A model generated the notes under the pieces. It saw only the letters and a list, made by a program, of their open reading frames with translations, was not told the DNA's origin and did no database searches. Below are positions 12,501 to 24,500 of a stretch of DNA of 38,444 nucleotides, piece by piece (positions within the stretch are counted from its first letter, which is position 1; each line of letters begins with the position of its first letter). Position numbers and translations under genes: made by a program. The stretch is from Macrostomum lignano. Taxonomy: Eukaryota. The DNA lies in contig NIVC01003897.1 of NCBI GenBank assembly GCA_002269645.1, positions 1 to 38,444 on the forward strand. The letters are read 5' to 3'.

Positions 12501-15500
12501 GCCTGTCACTCTTCTATTGACTGCCTGTCACTCTTTTTATGCACAGCTGCCTGTTACTCTTCTGCCGAATGCCTGTCACTCTTCTATCGAGTATCTGTCA
12601 GTCTTCTATCAATTTTTGTCACACTTTTATTGGCTGTCTGTAACTCTTCTATTGAATGTCTGTCACTCTTCTATTGACTGTCTGTCACTCTTTTATTGAC
12701 TGTCTGTCACTCTTCTATTGACTGTCTGTCACTCTTCTATTGACTGTCTGTCACTCGCCTGTTGATTTTCTGTTGCTCTGTTATTGCATCTACGGTATAT
12801 CACTACTACTAATAACTGTCTATCCCCCTTTTTGAATATCTGTCACTCTCGCACTGAAAGGCTGCCACTCGTTAAGGATTCAAATTGGAGATTGTAGCCT
12901 AGAGCGTCGGACTCACGACTCAGAATCGGAACAGTTTGTGTCCTTTAGCAAGACACTCAGCTCTGCATTGCTTCAGTTCACCCAGCCAGCTGTAAAATGG
13001 GTGCCAGCATTAACTAGGGTAATTGAGGCTGTGTGGAGACCCCCCAGTCCTCGGACTAAAAGTTCAACCGACTCTCTATTATATCCGTTGATATTTCACT
13101 TGATGTACTTTTACCCACACGTCTTCACGCTTCATCTCTGCACATCTTATCACCACATTTCTGCATCAGCAAACAAACCCGAAGTAATCCCGGCCTTTAG
13201 ACGGAGGCGAATGCAGAGATTAAAAACAATAAACTAGAATAATATTTTTGAGCACTTCTAGCAAAAATACGACCGAATCCTGTTTGTTTTGCCTCACTTG
13301 TTGTTGAGGCTGAAGAGGAACTGCGACTAAATAAGGTCTGAAAAAGATGCAGCTTCTAGCCAACTCACGCGAGCAAGATCCGGTCAAGGGCGTCAGTGCC
13401 CTCTGTCACCCATTGGACAGAAGCATGAATCGAAACACCCCTCTCCTCCTCCACGGGGAAAATAAACAGGGCATCAAGGCTTGCACTAACTAAGATCGAA
13501 GCTTACTAGAATCAGCCACTGTACTTTATTCTACTAAACGAAGTGAAGCAAGTAGCAAGTGAAGCGAATGCATACAGGGCTCATGCTTGCTACCAACACG
13601 CGGGCCGCTTACCTCAAGGTGAGCCACGCTACGCTTATAATTATCCAGCTGCTTCTGCTCCGTGCTGGCAGAGCTCTGCATTCGGCCTAGCTGAGATCTT
13701 TTCTCTTTGATCTCCGATTGCAGATGGCGCGACTTCAATTCGCTGCGCTTGATTCGGCTCTCCGCCTCGCTAATCTCGTTGCGAGTGGCTGAAAGGAAAT
13801 TCAATTCACCGTGTCGTGGCTTTGCAATCCTTGGCTTTCGCTTATCTGTGCACCCCTTTACCCCTTGTCAGTGCACCCCTCTACCCCTTATCAGTGCACC
13901 CCTCTACCCTTGTCAGTGCAGTGCACCCCTCTACCCTTGTCAGTGCAGTGCACCCCTCTACCCTTGTCAGTGCCCCCCCTCTACCTTTGTCAGTGCACCC
14001 CTCTACCCTTGTCAGTGCCCCCCCTCTACCTTGTCAGTGCACCCTCTACCCTTGTCAGTGCACCCCTCTACCCTTGTCAGTGCACCCTCTACCCTCATCA
14101 GTGCACCCTCTACCCTTGTCAGTGCACCCCTCTACCCTTGTCAGTGCACCCCTAAACTACCCCACATCAGTGCACCCCTAAACTACCCCACATCAGTGCA
14201 CCCCTAAACTACCCCACATCAGTGCACCCAACTACCTATCTAAACAGACCACACTAGCTGGTAAGTGAACTCACTGCACAGCTGCATCTCAAGCGAGGCG
14301 GCTTCACCGCCCTCCTCATTAGCGGCCAGGCCGGAGCTGACAGCCTGCAGGTGCTTCTCAGCCGCAGCCATCTCGGCCTCGGCCGCGGCCATTCGCTGCT
14401 CCAATTCTTGGAAACTGTCGCGAACCCGTTCGAAGTCTTTCTCCTTGCCGGCAAGGGCTTTCTGTCTGGCCAGCAAAGCTTTGTCCAGTTCGCGCATTCG
14501 TTTCTCTTCGGCTTTCACGGCGTCAGCGGCGGCCACCAGAGCCGACTGGGCCAGGGCCTCCTCCTGCAGGGCGGCCTTGTGCAGCTCCTCGCGCTCTTCC
14601 AGGCCTCGGCCGCTCTGCTCGTCGCGCTCCCGGCAAAGACGGTCGGCTTCCTCTGACAGGGCCGACAGCTGCTTCTGGGCCTGCTGCTGCTCCTCCTTCG
14701 GGTGGCGCCGGCGAAATGGGAGCTCGGAATACCATCAGATTGTTCCCTACTACCTTTACCTTTTCCCCCCTCTACCTTCAGTGTCCCCCCATTACCTTTA
14801 GATTGCCCTTCCCCACTACCTTCAGATTGTCCCCCCACCACCTTCAGATTGCCCCCCTCTACCTTCAGATTGTCCCCCCACCACCTTCAGATTGCCCCCC
14901 TCTACCTTCAGATTGTCCCCCCACCACCTTCAGATTGCCCCCCACCACCTTCAGATTGTCCCCCACCACCTTCAGATTGCCCCCCACCACCTTCAGATTG
15001 CCCCCACCACCTTCAGATTGTCCCCACCACCTTCAGATTGTCCCCCCACCACCTTCAGATTGTCCCCCTCACCACATTCAGAGTGTCCCCCTACTACCTT
15101 CAGATTGTCCCCTCCACCAGCTTCAGATTGTCCCCCTCACCACCTTCAGAGTGTCCCCCTACCACCTTCAGATTGTCCCCCCCACCACCTTCAGATTGCC
15201 CCCACCACCTTCAGATTGTCCCACCACCTTCAGATTGTCCCCCCACCACCTTCAGATTGTCCCCCTACCACCTTCAGATTGTTCCCCCCCCACCACCTTC
15301 AGATTGCCCCGTAACAGAAATGAAGAATTCTATTCTCACAGTGAAGATAATTAAAAAAGACTTCGGATTTCAGGTATGAAAAATTTAAGACAGTAGAGCA
15401 AATAAAAACCTCACCTGCAGCAGGGCAGTCTTCTCCCGAGCCTCAACCACTTCAATATCGGCTTTCTCCTTAGTCTGCTCGTAGCAGTAGTACCTGTAGG

Positions 15501-18500
15501 CCACGGTGAAGTGCTGCAGGAACTCCACCTCGCGGCAAACCTGCTGATACTCCTGATACACGTGTCGCTCCTTGCGCAGCTTAGTCAGAGTTGGGAGAAT
15601 CTCCGATGCTAGGAGCTGAGGAGGGATCATATGATGGGCAGAAGAGGCAAGGCTATTGGCATCTGATAGACTACTGCGAGAGGCATATAGCGATTATATA
15701 AACAGAAATTCAATGCAATATAGGCGATTGAACTTATTAAGCACAAATTTAAGTGTCCGGTGGCACAATGGTGCACCGCCTTCGGTGACATGGTCCCACA
15801 GCCAGCGCTGACTGCAATTCTGCACATTCCGTTGACTCCTGGGCACATGCCAGCGCGCCAATACTGTACTCAGGCACGGCACTCATGCACACGCTCACAC
15901 AGAGTGTACATCGGCCCTGGCTTTCTAATCATCAGGCCTGTACACTCTCAAAAAATACTCAAAAAAGATCAGATACTCAATATTTAATTAACAGCTAGCT
16001 GGTAGCTTCTCAAAGCTAGAAAAATGTGAGCAATATTATAACTTACAGATTCAATTTCCCGCAGTTTAAAGTCCTTCTTCTCAATAGTCTTCTGCGCCTG
16101 CTCCTTTTTGGTCTCGTAGAGTTTCGTGCCGGCCGCCTCCTCTAGTAGAGAGAGAATCTGCAGGAAAATAAAACATTTTTTTCAATTGAGAGAAATGCGT
16201 TAGTAAAGCGACATATTTGGTATTGTGATTTCTCAGGATTTGGGATCAAAGACTATGATTTAAGGATTAAGGAATAATGACGATGAGGTCAAATACTTTT
16301 CAGACTTTGGATTGTGGGTTTTAGGGTTGTAATGATTGATTGTAGGGTTTGAACAGTTAGAGATGACAAACCTATAACCTTATAGCCCATAATACTTAGA
16401 TCTTGATCTAGGGATTCGGGATCTTGATCTAGGGATTGGAGATCTTGATCTATTGATTCGGGATCTTGATTTATTGATTCGGGATCTTGACCTATTGATT
16501 CGGAATCTTGATCTATTGATTCGGGATCTTGATCTAGGTGTTAAGATCTTAATCTAGGTGTTAAGATCTTGATCTAAGGATTTGAGATCTTGATCTAGGG
16601 GTTGGGATCTTGATCTAGGGATTGGAGATCTTGATCTATTGATTCGAGATCTTGATCTATTGATTCGGGATCTTGATCTAGGTCCTAGGAGTTAGAGATC
16701 TTGATCTACGGATTTGGGATCTTTGATCTAGGGGTTAGAGATCTTGATCTAGGGATTAGGATCTTGATCTAGGGATTCGGGATCTTGATCTAGGGATTGG
16801 GATCTTGATCTAGGGATTGGAGATCTTGATCTATTGATTCGGGATCTTGATTTATTGATTCGGGATCTTGATCTATTGATTCGGAATCTTGATCTATTGA
16901 TTCGGGATCTTGATCTAGGTGTTAAGATCTTAATCTAGGTGTTAAGATCTTGATCTAAGGATTTGAGATCTTGATCTAGGGGTTAGACATCTTGATCTAG
17001 GGATTGGGATCTTGATCTAGGGATTGGAGATCTTGATCTATTGATTCGAGATCTTGATCTATTGATTCGGAATCTTGATCTATTGATTCGAGATCTTGAT
17101 CTATTGATTCGGGATCTTGATCTAGGTCCTAGGAGTTAGAGATCTTGATCTACGGATTTGGGATCTTTGATCTAGGGGTTAGAGATCTTGATCTAGGGAT
17201 TAGGATCTTGATCTAGGGATTCGGGATCTTGATCTAGGGATTGGGATCTTGATCTAGGGATTGGAGATCTTGATCTAGGGGTTATACATCTTGATCTAGG
17301 GATTGGGATCTTGATCTAGGGATTGGAGATCTTGATCTATTGATTCGGGATCTTGATTTATTGATTCGGGATCTTGATCTATTGATTCGGAATCTTGATC
17401 TATTGATTCGGAATCTTGATCTATTGATTCGGGATCTTGATCTAGGTGTTAAGATCTTAATCTAGGTGTTAAGATCTTGATCTAAGGATTTGAGATCTTG
17501 ATCTATTGATTCGGGATCTTGATTTATTGATTCGGGATCTTGATCTATTGATTCGGAATCTTGATCTATTGATTCGGGATCTTGATCTAGGTGTTAAGAT
17601 CTTAATCTAGGTGTTAAGATCTTGATCTAAGGATTTGAGATCTTGATCTAGGGGTTGGGATCTTGATCTAGGGATTGGAGATCTTGATCTATTGATTCGA
17701 GATCTTGATCTATTGATTCGGGATCTTGATCTAGGTCCTAGGAGTTAGAGATCTTGATCTACGGATTTGGGATCTTTGATCTAGGGGTTAGAGATCTTGA
17801 TCTAGGGATTAGGATCTTGATCTAGGGATTCGGGATCTTGATCTAGGGATTGGGATCTTGATCTAGGGATTGGAGATCTTGATCTAGGGGTTATACATCT
17901 TGATCTAGGGATTGGGATCTTGATCTAGGGATTGGAGATCTTGATCTATTGATTCGGGATCTTGATTTATTGATTCGGGATCTTGATCTATTGATTCGGA
18001 ATCTTGATCTATTGATTCGGAATCTTGATCTATTGATTCGGGATCTTGATCTAGGTGTTAAGATCTTAATCTAGGTGTTAAGATCTTGATCTAAGGATTT
18101 GAGATCTTGATCTATTGATTCGGGATCTTGATTTATTGATTCGGGATCTTGACCTATTGATTCGGAATCTTGATCTATTGATTCGGGATCTTGATCTAGG
18201 TGTTAAGATCTTAATCTAGGTGTTAAGATCTTGATCTAAGGATTTGAGATCTTGATCTAGGGGTTGGGATCTTGATCTAGGGATTGGAGATCTTGATCTA
18301 TTGATTCGAGATCTTGATCTATTGATTCGGGATCTTGATCTAGGTCCTAGGAGTTAGAGATCTTGATCTACGGATTTGGGATCTTTGATCTAGGGGTTAG
18401 AGATCTTGATCTAGGGATTAGGATCTTGATCTAGGGATTCGGGATCTTGATCTAGGGATTGGGATCTTGATCTAGGGATTGGAGATCTTGATCTAGGGGT

Positions 18501-21500
18501 TATACATCTTGATCTAGGGATTGGGATCTTGATCTAGGGATTGGAGATCTTGATCTAGGGATTGGAGATCTTGATCTATTGATTCGGGATCTTGATTTAT
18601 TGATTCGGGATCTTGATCTATTGATTCGGGATCTTGATCTATTGATTCGGGATCTTGATCTAGGTCCTAGGAGTTAGGGATCTTGATCTATGGATTTGGG
18701 ATCTTGATCTATGGATTTGAGATCTTGATCTAGGGATTAGAAATCTTGATCTAGGGATTAGAAATCTTGATCTAGGGATTCGGGATCTTGATCTATGGAT
18801 TGGGGATCTTGATCTATGGATTTAGGATCCCGATCTATGGATTTGGGATTTTGGGATTTAGATCTCAAGGAGTTAGAGATCTTGATCTAGGAATTTGGGA
18901 TCTTGACCTATGGATTGGGGATCTTGATCTATGGATTTGGGATCTTGATCTATGGATTTAGGATCTTGATATAGGGATTGGGAATCTTGATCTAGAGTTT
19001 GAGAATATTGATCTGGGGATTGGGGATCCTGATCTGGAGACTGGGAGAACAGATCTATGGACAGGTAACCTAGATCTATAGATTCCCTATGATCCTGAGC
19101 TTGGGATTTTAGTCACGTCAGGAGGATTATAGGTTGTAGAATTACAATAAATTTGTAATGCACAGGCAAAGACAGGCAATTTACCTCAGGCGGCTTCATA
19201 TTAAGCACCTTGGTGATGCGACCCTGCATGATAAGAAAATGCGGATTGTTAATATTTAGCTGTACCGAGTGAAACAGATCGTGCACCCGGTTGTTAGGCG
19301 CGCAGTTGCCATTGATGAGGTATTTGTTGCGGCCGCCAATCACAATCTGCCTAGTGATTGTGATCTCTTCGTAATCTTCGTAGCCTAGCGGCTTCTGGTT
19401 CTTGTCAGTGTTGTCAAACACGATGGAGACGGTTGCCTTGGTGACTCCAGCTTGGCCACTTTTGTACACAAGGTCCTGCAGGTTGTTGGCTCGGACCTTG
19501 AGAGGAAACCAGGCAGAGTTTATGTTTATTTAGTGAACATTTAGTGAATACTAGTCATACTCATGTATATGAATTTAAGCAGCATATAAGTGAAGTATTA
19601 TTATGATCTTTAGCAACCAGAAGATGCTAAATTTTAACTAAATGCATTACCAATAAAGCAGAAATAAAAATGAACCTTGAAATTGGCATGAGTGGCATAT
19701 ACTTCAATATTAAAAGTGAAATTTTCAACAACCTTTAATTGATTAGAAAACTAGGGATTTTCAAAATGTAGTTAATAAGATTAATGTACCATTGAAATTA
19801 GTACGAGCTATATCATAAAAGCCTGTGTACATAAATTTTTTGTAGATTTAATAAGCCACAGAATCTTATCTTACTATTGCTTAAATAATAAGCTATTTAT
19901 TAAATATAGCCTTTGACTATAGTCAAGGACTGTTATACAATAAAGTTCCACAATTTACCCTGCCTCCATTTCAAAAAATAATTGTCATTTAACTATGTCA
20001 AATACATGCTTGGGTACAACCTAGGGATTCATGTGGCCATTTCTATTGGCAACACACATATGCAGTGTTGGGCACCAGTCCATTAATAAGCCTTAAGATT
20101 TTTTATTAATGTAAACAGACTGCCTTTAAGATTTTTTGAACTAAAAGATTAACAAATTTTTGTTAATAATTTTGTGAGTTAACAACAAATTTATCATTAA
20201 TGTTAATGGCAAGGTCAATGACCAAAGATGCAAAGAAAAAAACAAAAATATGTCTGAAGAGAAGTTACAACATTACGAATGTATTTAAATTTACCTAAAT
20301 GCCTAATTAATCTCTGTTTATGACAATGATCATGCAAATGTAACAACTTCTTGTTATGTTATGATAGACTCATAGACTCATTCTCTGTGTGTTTGATTTA
20401 TGTCTATGGACACGACTAATAAACGAGTGTTAAAGAGCACTTATAACTATACAGCTGCTCTATATCCATACAAGCATCTGGAAACATAAGACTTCTGTGT
20501 CGCAACACAACATGGTGTCAGAGGTGCACTTGTGAAGAGCTCTGGATTTGAATTGTCAAATGCAGTACTGTGCTCAACTGGATCTGGATTCAAATGGATG
20601 GCAGGCTTAAACCCCCAAAGCCATTCTGCTTTGATGAGCACAAGGCGGAAAACTGGAGTAAATGGATTTCTGCATTCGAGCTCTATATGACTGCAACCAA
20701 GCGTGACGAATCACTGGCTAAAGTGCAAATAGCGACACTGCTAACAGCCATCGGAGAAGAAGGTCGTGAGATTTATTCAACTTTCGAGAAATCGGAAGGA
20801 GACGAAGAGCTGTCGAAAGTGACGAAACTGTTCAAAGAATATTGCAAGCCGAGTGTGAACAAAACTTTCGAGCGCTACAAATTTCGGCAACGCAGGCAGA
20901 ACGAGCATGAGAGCATTGACTCATTCGTCAGCGGCCTGAAACAACTTATCAAGACATGCTCATTTGAGAAGCCAGCCTACGAATTGACTGTGAACGAATC
21001 AATAATCAGAGATCAGATTGTCCTCGGAATCAGAGACACAGAGTTGCGAGAATGGCTTCTACGTGAGCAGGAGTTGACGCTAGATAAGGCTATATCTATC
21101 TGCCGTGCAAGTGAATCATCAAAGACCCAAGTGCGGATCATGATGGGAAACACCTCTGGAGAGATTTCGAAGTACATCCAGAGAGAAGTCAATTCTATTG
21201 TGAAGCCTCGCTCAACAGGCAGACCAGATCTCAAATACAAGGAGAGACGACCAAACAAAAGGTTTGGGTCCAATGGAAAGCCGATGGTAGGAAAGTCGGA
21301 GGGTTGCTCATTCTGTGGTAAGAAACACAAGAAAGGTTCATGCCCTGCATATGGCAAGACGTGCAAATCTTGCAGAAAGCAAAACCACTTCAGCAACGTT
21401 TGTCGGAATAAGACCGTAAGAGCCTTGGATTGAAATACAAATGAAAGCTCAGAATCTGATCGTCAAGATTCGTGGGTCATGTCAGCATCTCTGCGACTGG

Positions 21501-24500
21501 GTGGCAACGACAGAGACAGTAGAACAACTGTTGGTATCAAAATCGAAGGTCAGCTGGTGAATTGCAAATGCGACACAGGAGTGGACGCAAATGTACTCCC
21601 TGAACATCTGCTTAGGCGGATTGCACCAAACACTTCGATACAAGCAACGTCTTGCAGACTCTTTTGCTATAAAAGGTCGCGCCTAACAGTCGCAGGGAAG
21701 GTACAATTGAAACTGGAATATGAAGGAGTCAAGCATGAAAATGAATTTATTGTGATTAAAGAGAGGCTCATTCCACTCATCGGATGGAAAACTGCAGAAG
21801 AGATAGGCCTGGTGAAATTCAACTTCGGAGTTTCTGTTCAACTTGAAGGGTTTAAGTCCACGTGGACAGATGAAAGATTTCTTCGAGAGTATCCTGATGT
21901 TTTTGAAGGAACAGGTTGCTTACCTGGGAGTTATCACATCAGCCTGCACGATGACAAAGAATCTTGGACAGATCGCCCTCAAAGAATCCTGTTTGCAGCA
22001 ATGCAACCTTTGAAGGCTGAATTAGATCGCCTAGTTTCGGATGGACTCATCACCAAGTGTGATGAGCCCACAAAGTACATTTCAAATGTGGTCGTCGTCT
22101 GGAAGGCAGACAAGACTATACGTCTTTGCCTAGACCCTCAGCATCTGAATGCCAACATAATGAGAGAGCAGTATCAGATACCGTCTTATGACGAAATTAT
22201 TGCAGAAATCAGAAACGCTGCTCTGTTCTCAACTTTTGATGCGACTGCGAGTTTTCACCAGATTGCATTGGATTATGAAAGTTCGTTGATGATGTGCTTT
22301 CACACACCTTTTGGACAATATCGTTGGCTGAGAATGCCCTATGGAATTTGTTCCGCATCGGAAGTCTACCAGAAGCGAGTTTGGGAGGAGATCTCGGACA
22401 AGATCAGAAACTGCAACAATTTTATTGACGACTTCATTGTTTGGGGCAAGACTGTTGAAGAACACGATGAAGCTGTGAAGCAGCTTATGGAAATGTGCCG
22501 TGCGAAGAATTTGCGCCTGAATTATAAAAAGCGGAAAGTCGGATTGAAGGAGTTGAAATTCCTCGGCAACATACTTTCACACACTGGAATTAAAGTCAAC
22601 CCAGACAAAGTAAAAGCAATGCGCGATATGCCCCGACCAGATACTCAATCCGGCAATGAGAGAAAGCAGCAACTTATGCGATTTCTAGGATGTGCAAATT
22701 TTTTGTCCAAATTCATTTCGGATCTGTCATCTAAGGCAGCACCGCTACGCACATTGCTGATGAAGAATGCTCAGTGGAACTGGACAAATGAACACGAAAA
22801 AGCGTACAAATCAATTTTGCAGAGTCTTTGCGACGCACCAGTCTTAGCTCGCTATAACCCGAATGCACCACTTACTCTGTCAGTCGATGCTAGTCAACAC
22901 GGTCTCGGAGCAACTATCCTGCAAGATGGACACCCGCTGGAATACGCTTCGTCATCACTGACGCCATCCCAATGGAAGTATGCTCAGATTGAAAAGGAAC
23001 TTTTGGCTATTGTGTTTGGCTGCAAGCGATTCCACCAGTACGTCTGGGGACACAAGGTAACGGTCGAGAGCGACCACAAGCCGCTAGAGAACATCTTCCA
23101 GAAGCCAATTTCAACTCTTACAGCAAGATTGCAGAGACTGATGCTACTAGTTCAGAAGTACGACCTGCACATTATATACGTTCCCGGTAAAGACTTGCAA
23201 ATTCCAGACACTCTAAGCCACACTTTCTTAAAGAACGTACATGCCTCTAAACAACTCGAAGATGACATCGAAGGTCACGTGCTTGGTGTTAGAATGTTGG
23301 TTGGATTCCCAGAACTGATGCAGAAACTGGAAAATGAAATGGCAAAGGACTCAACACTGCAACAACTCGCTGAGATCATCGGTGTTGGTTGGCCTCACCA
23401 CAGAAGCCAGCTCGTGACTGAGCTTTGTTGTTTCTGGAACGTCAGACATGATCTGACTACGCATGGCAATCTGATCTGGATGAAGAACCGAATAGTCGTT
23501 CCAAACTCAATGAGAATGGAAGTGCTACAGAAGCTGCATACTGGACACCCTGGAATTGTGAAGGCAAGCTTAAAGGCGTCAGAGAGCGTCTACTGGCCTG
23601 GAATTAGATGTGATATTCAAGAAATGACTTCAGCGTGCATTGCCTGCCAGGAAAGCCAAGAAAGCCACAGAAGGAACCAATGGTGGCTCAGTGCCTACCG
23701 GACTACCCATTTCAGGAATGTGGCACGGATATTTTCCATATTGACGGGAAGAATTTCCTGATATATGTTGATAAATACAGTCGGATGATCGAATACGCTA
23801 GGATCAACAATACTTCAGCTGCCTCTGTGATTCCCCAACTAAAGAAGTATTACCAGACCTATGGAGTTTGCGAGATTTTAAGATCTGACAATGGACCTCC
23901 ATTCTCGGGAAGAGAATTTGGTCGTTTCGCGAAAGAGTACAGCTTCAAGCATGCTACATCATCGCCGAAGTACAGCCAGTCCAACAGATTAGCGGAAAGA
24001 GGTGTTCAAACAATCAAGAATATTTTAAAGAAGGTTCTGAAGAGCAATGAAGGTGAGCACATGGCACTGCTACATTACAAGAACACTCCTATCGAGCATG
24101 GAATGCCATCACCCACTGAGCTAGTCTTTGGACACAAACTACGCTATGATTTGCCGATCCCAAAAGCAGATCTAATTCCTAGACAGGTCATGTCCAGGAA
24201 AGTACTGCAGAAGCTAAAGGACCAGCAGAACAAGGCTGAAGAATATTACAACCATGGATCTAAGGAGAGGAGAGAATTTGGTTGTGGAGAAAAGGCTTGG
24301 ATGCAAGAATCAACACGACAATGGCAGCCAGCAGAAGTGCACATGAGAGTGAATGACCATTCTTATATAGTTCGCGATGAACAAGGAAAGCTACTACGTC
24401 GGAACAAAACGTTTTTGACTCAACAGACTGGAGCAGCAGAAGAAATCGCTGTTCCACAAAGAGAAACCCTTGAAGACGCATTCAGAAAGGAAACTACCGC

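Noticed and set aside
6561-14801. Plus-strand ORFs overlapping SMC2 exons (6561-6875, 8903-9214, 10421-10903, 11602-12048, 14265-14801)
   Set aside because: Antisense shadows of GC3-rich codons; no recognisable domains.
7045-19060. Uniform purine/pyrimidine or G/C skew of arrays relative to transcription
   Set aside because: Sense strands are C/T-rich in introns 7, 9, 10B and 11 but G- or purine-rich in introns 4, 5, 6 and 8; only specific motifs, not overall skew, appear strand-biased.
19908-19921. Perfect 14-bp palindrome TTGACTATAGTCAA (similar GACTATAGTC near 34292)
   Set aside because: Short and AT-rich, with no associated TSD or element boundary found.
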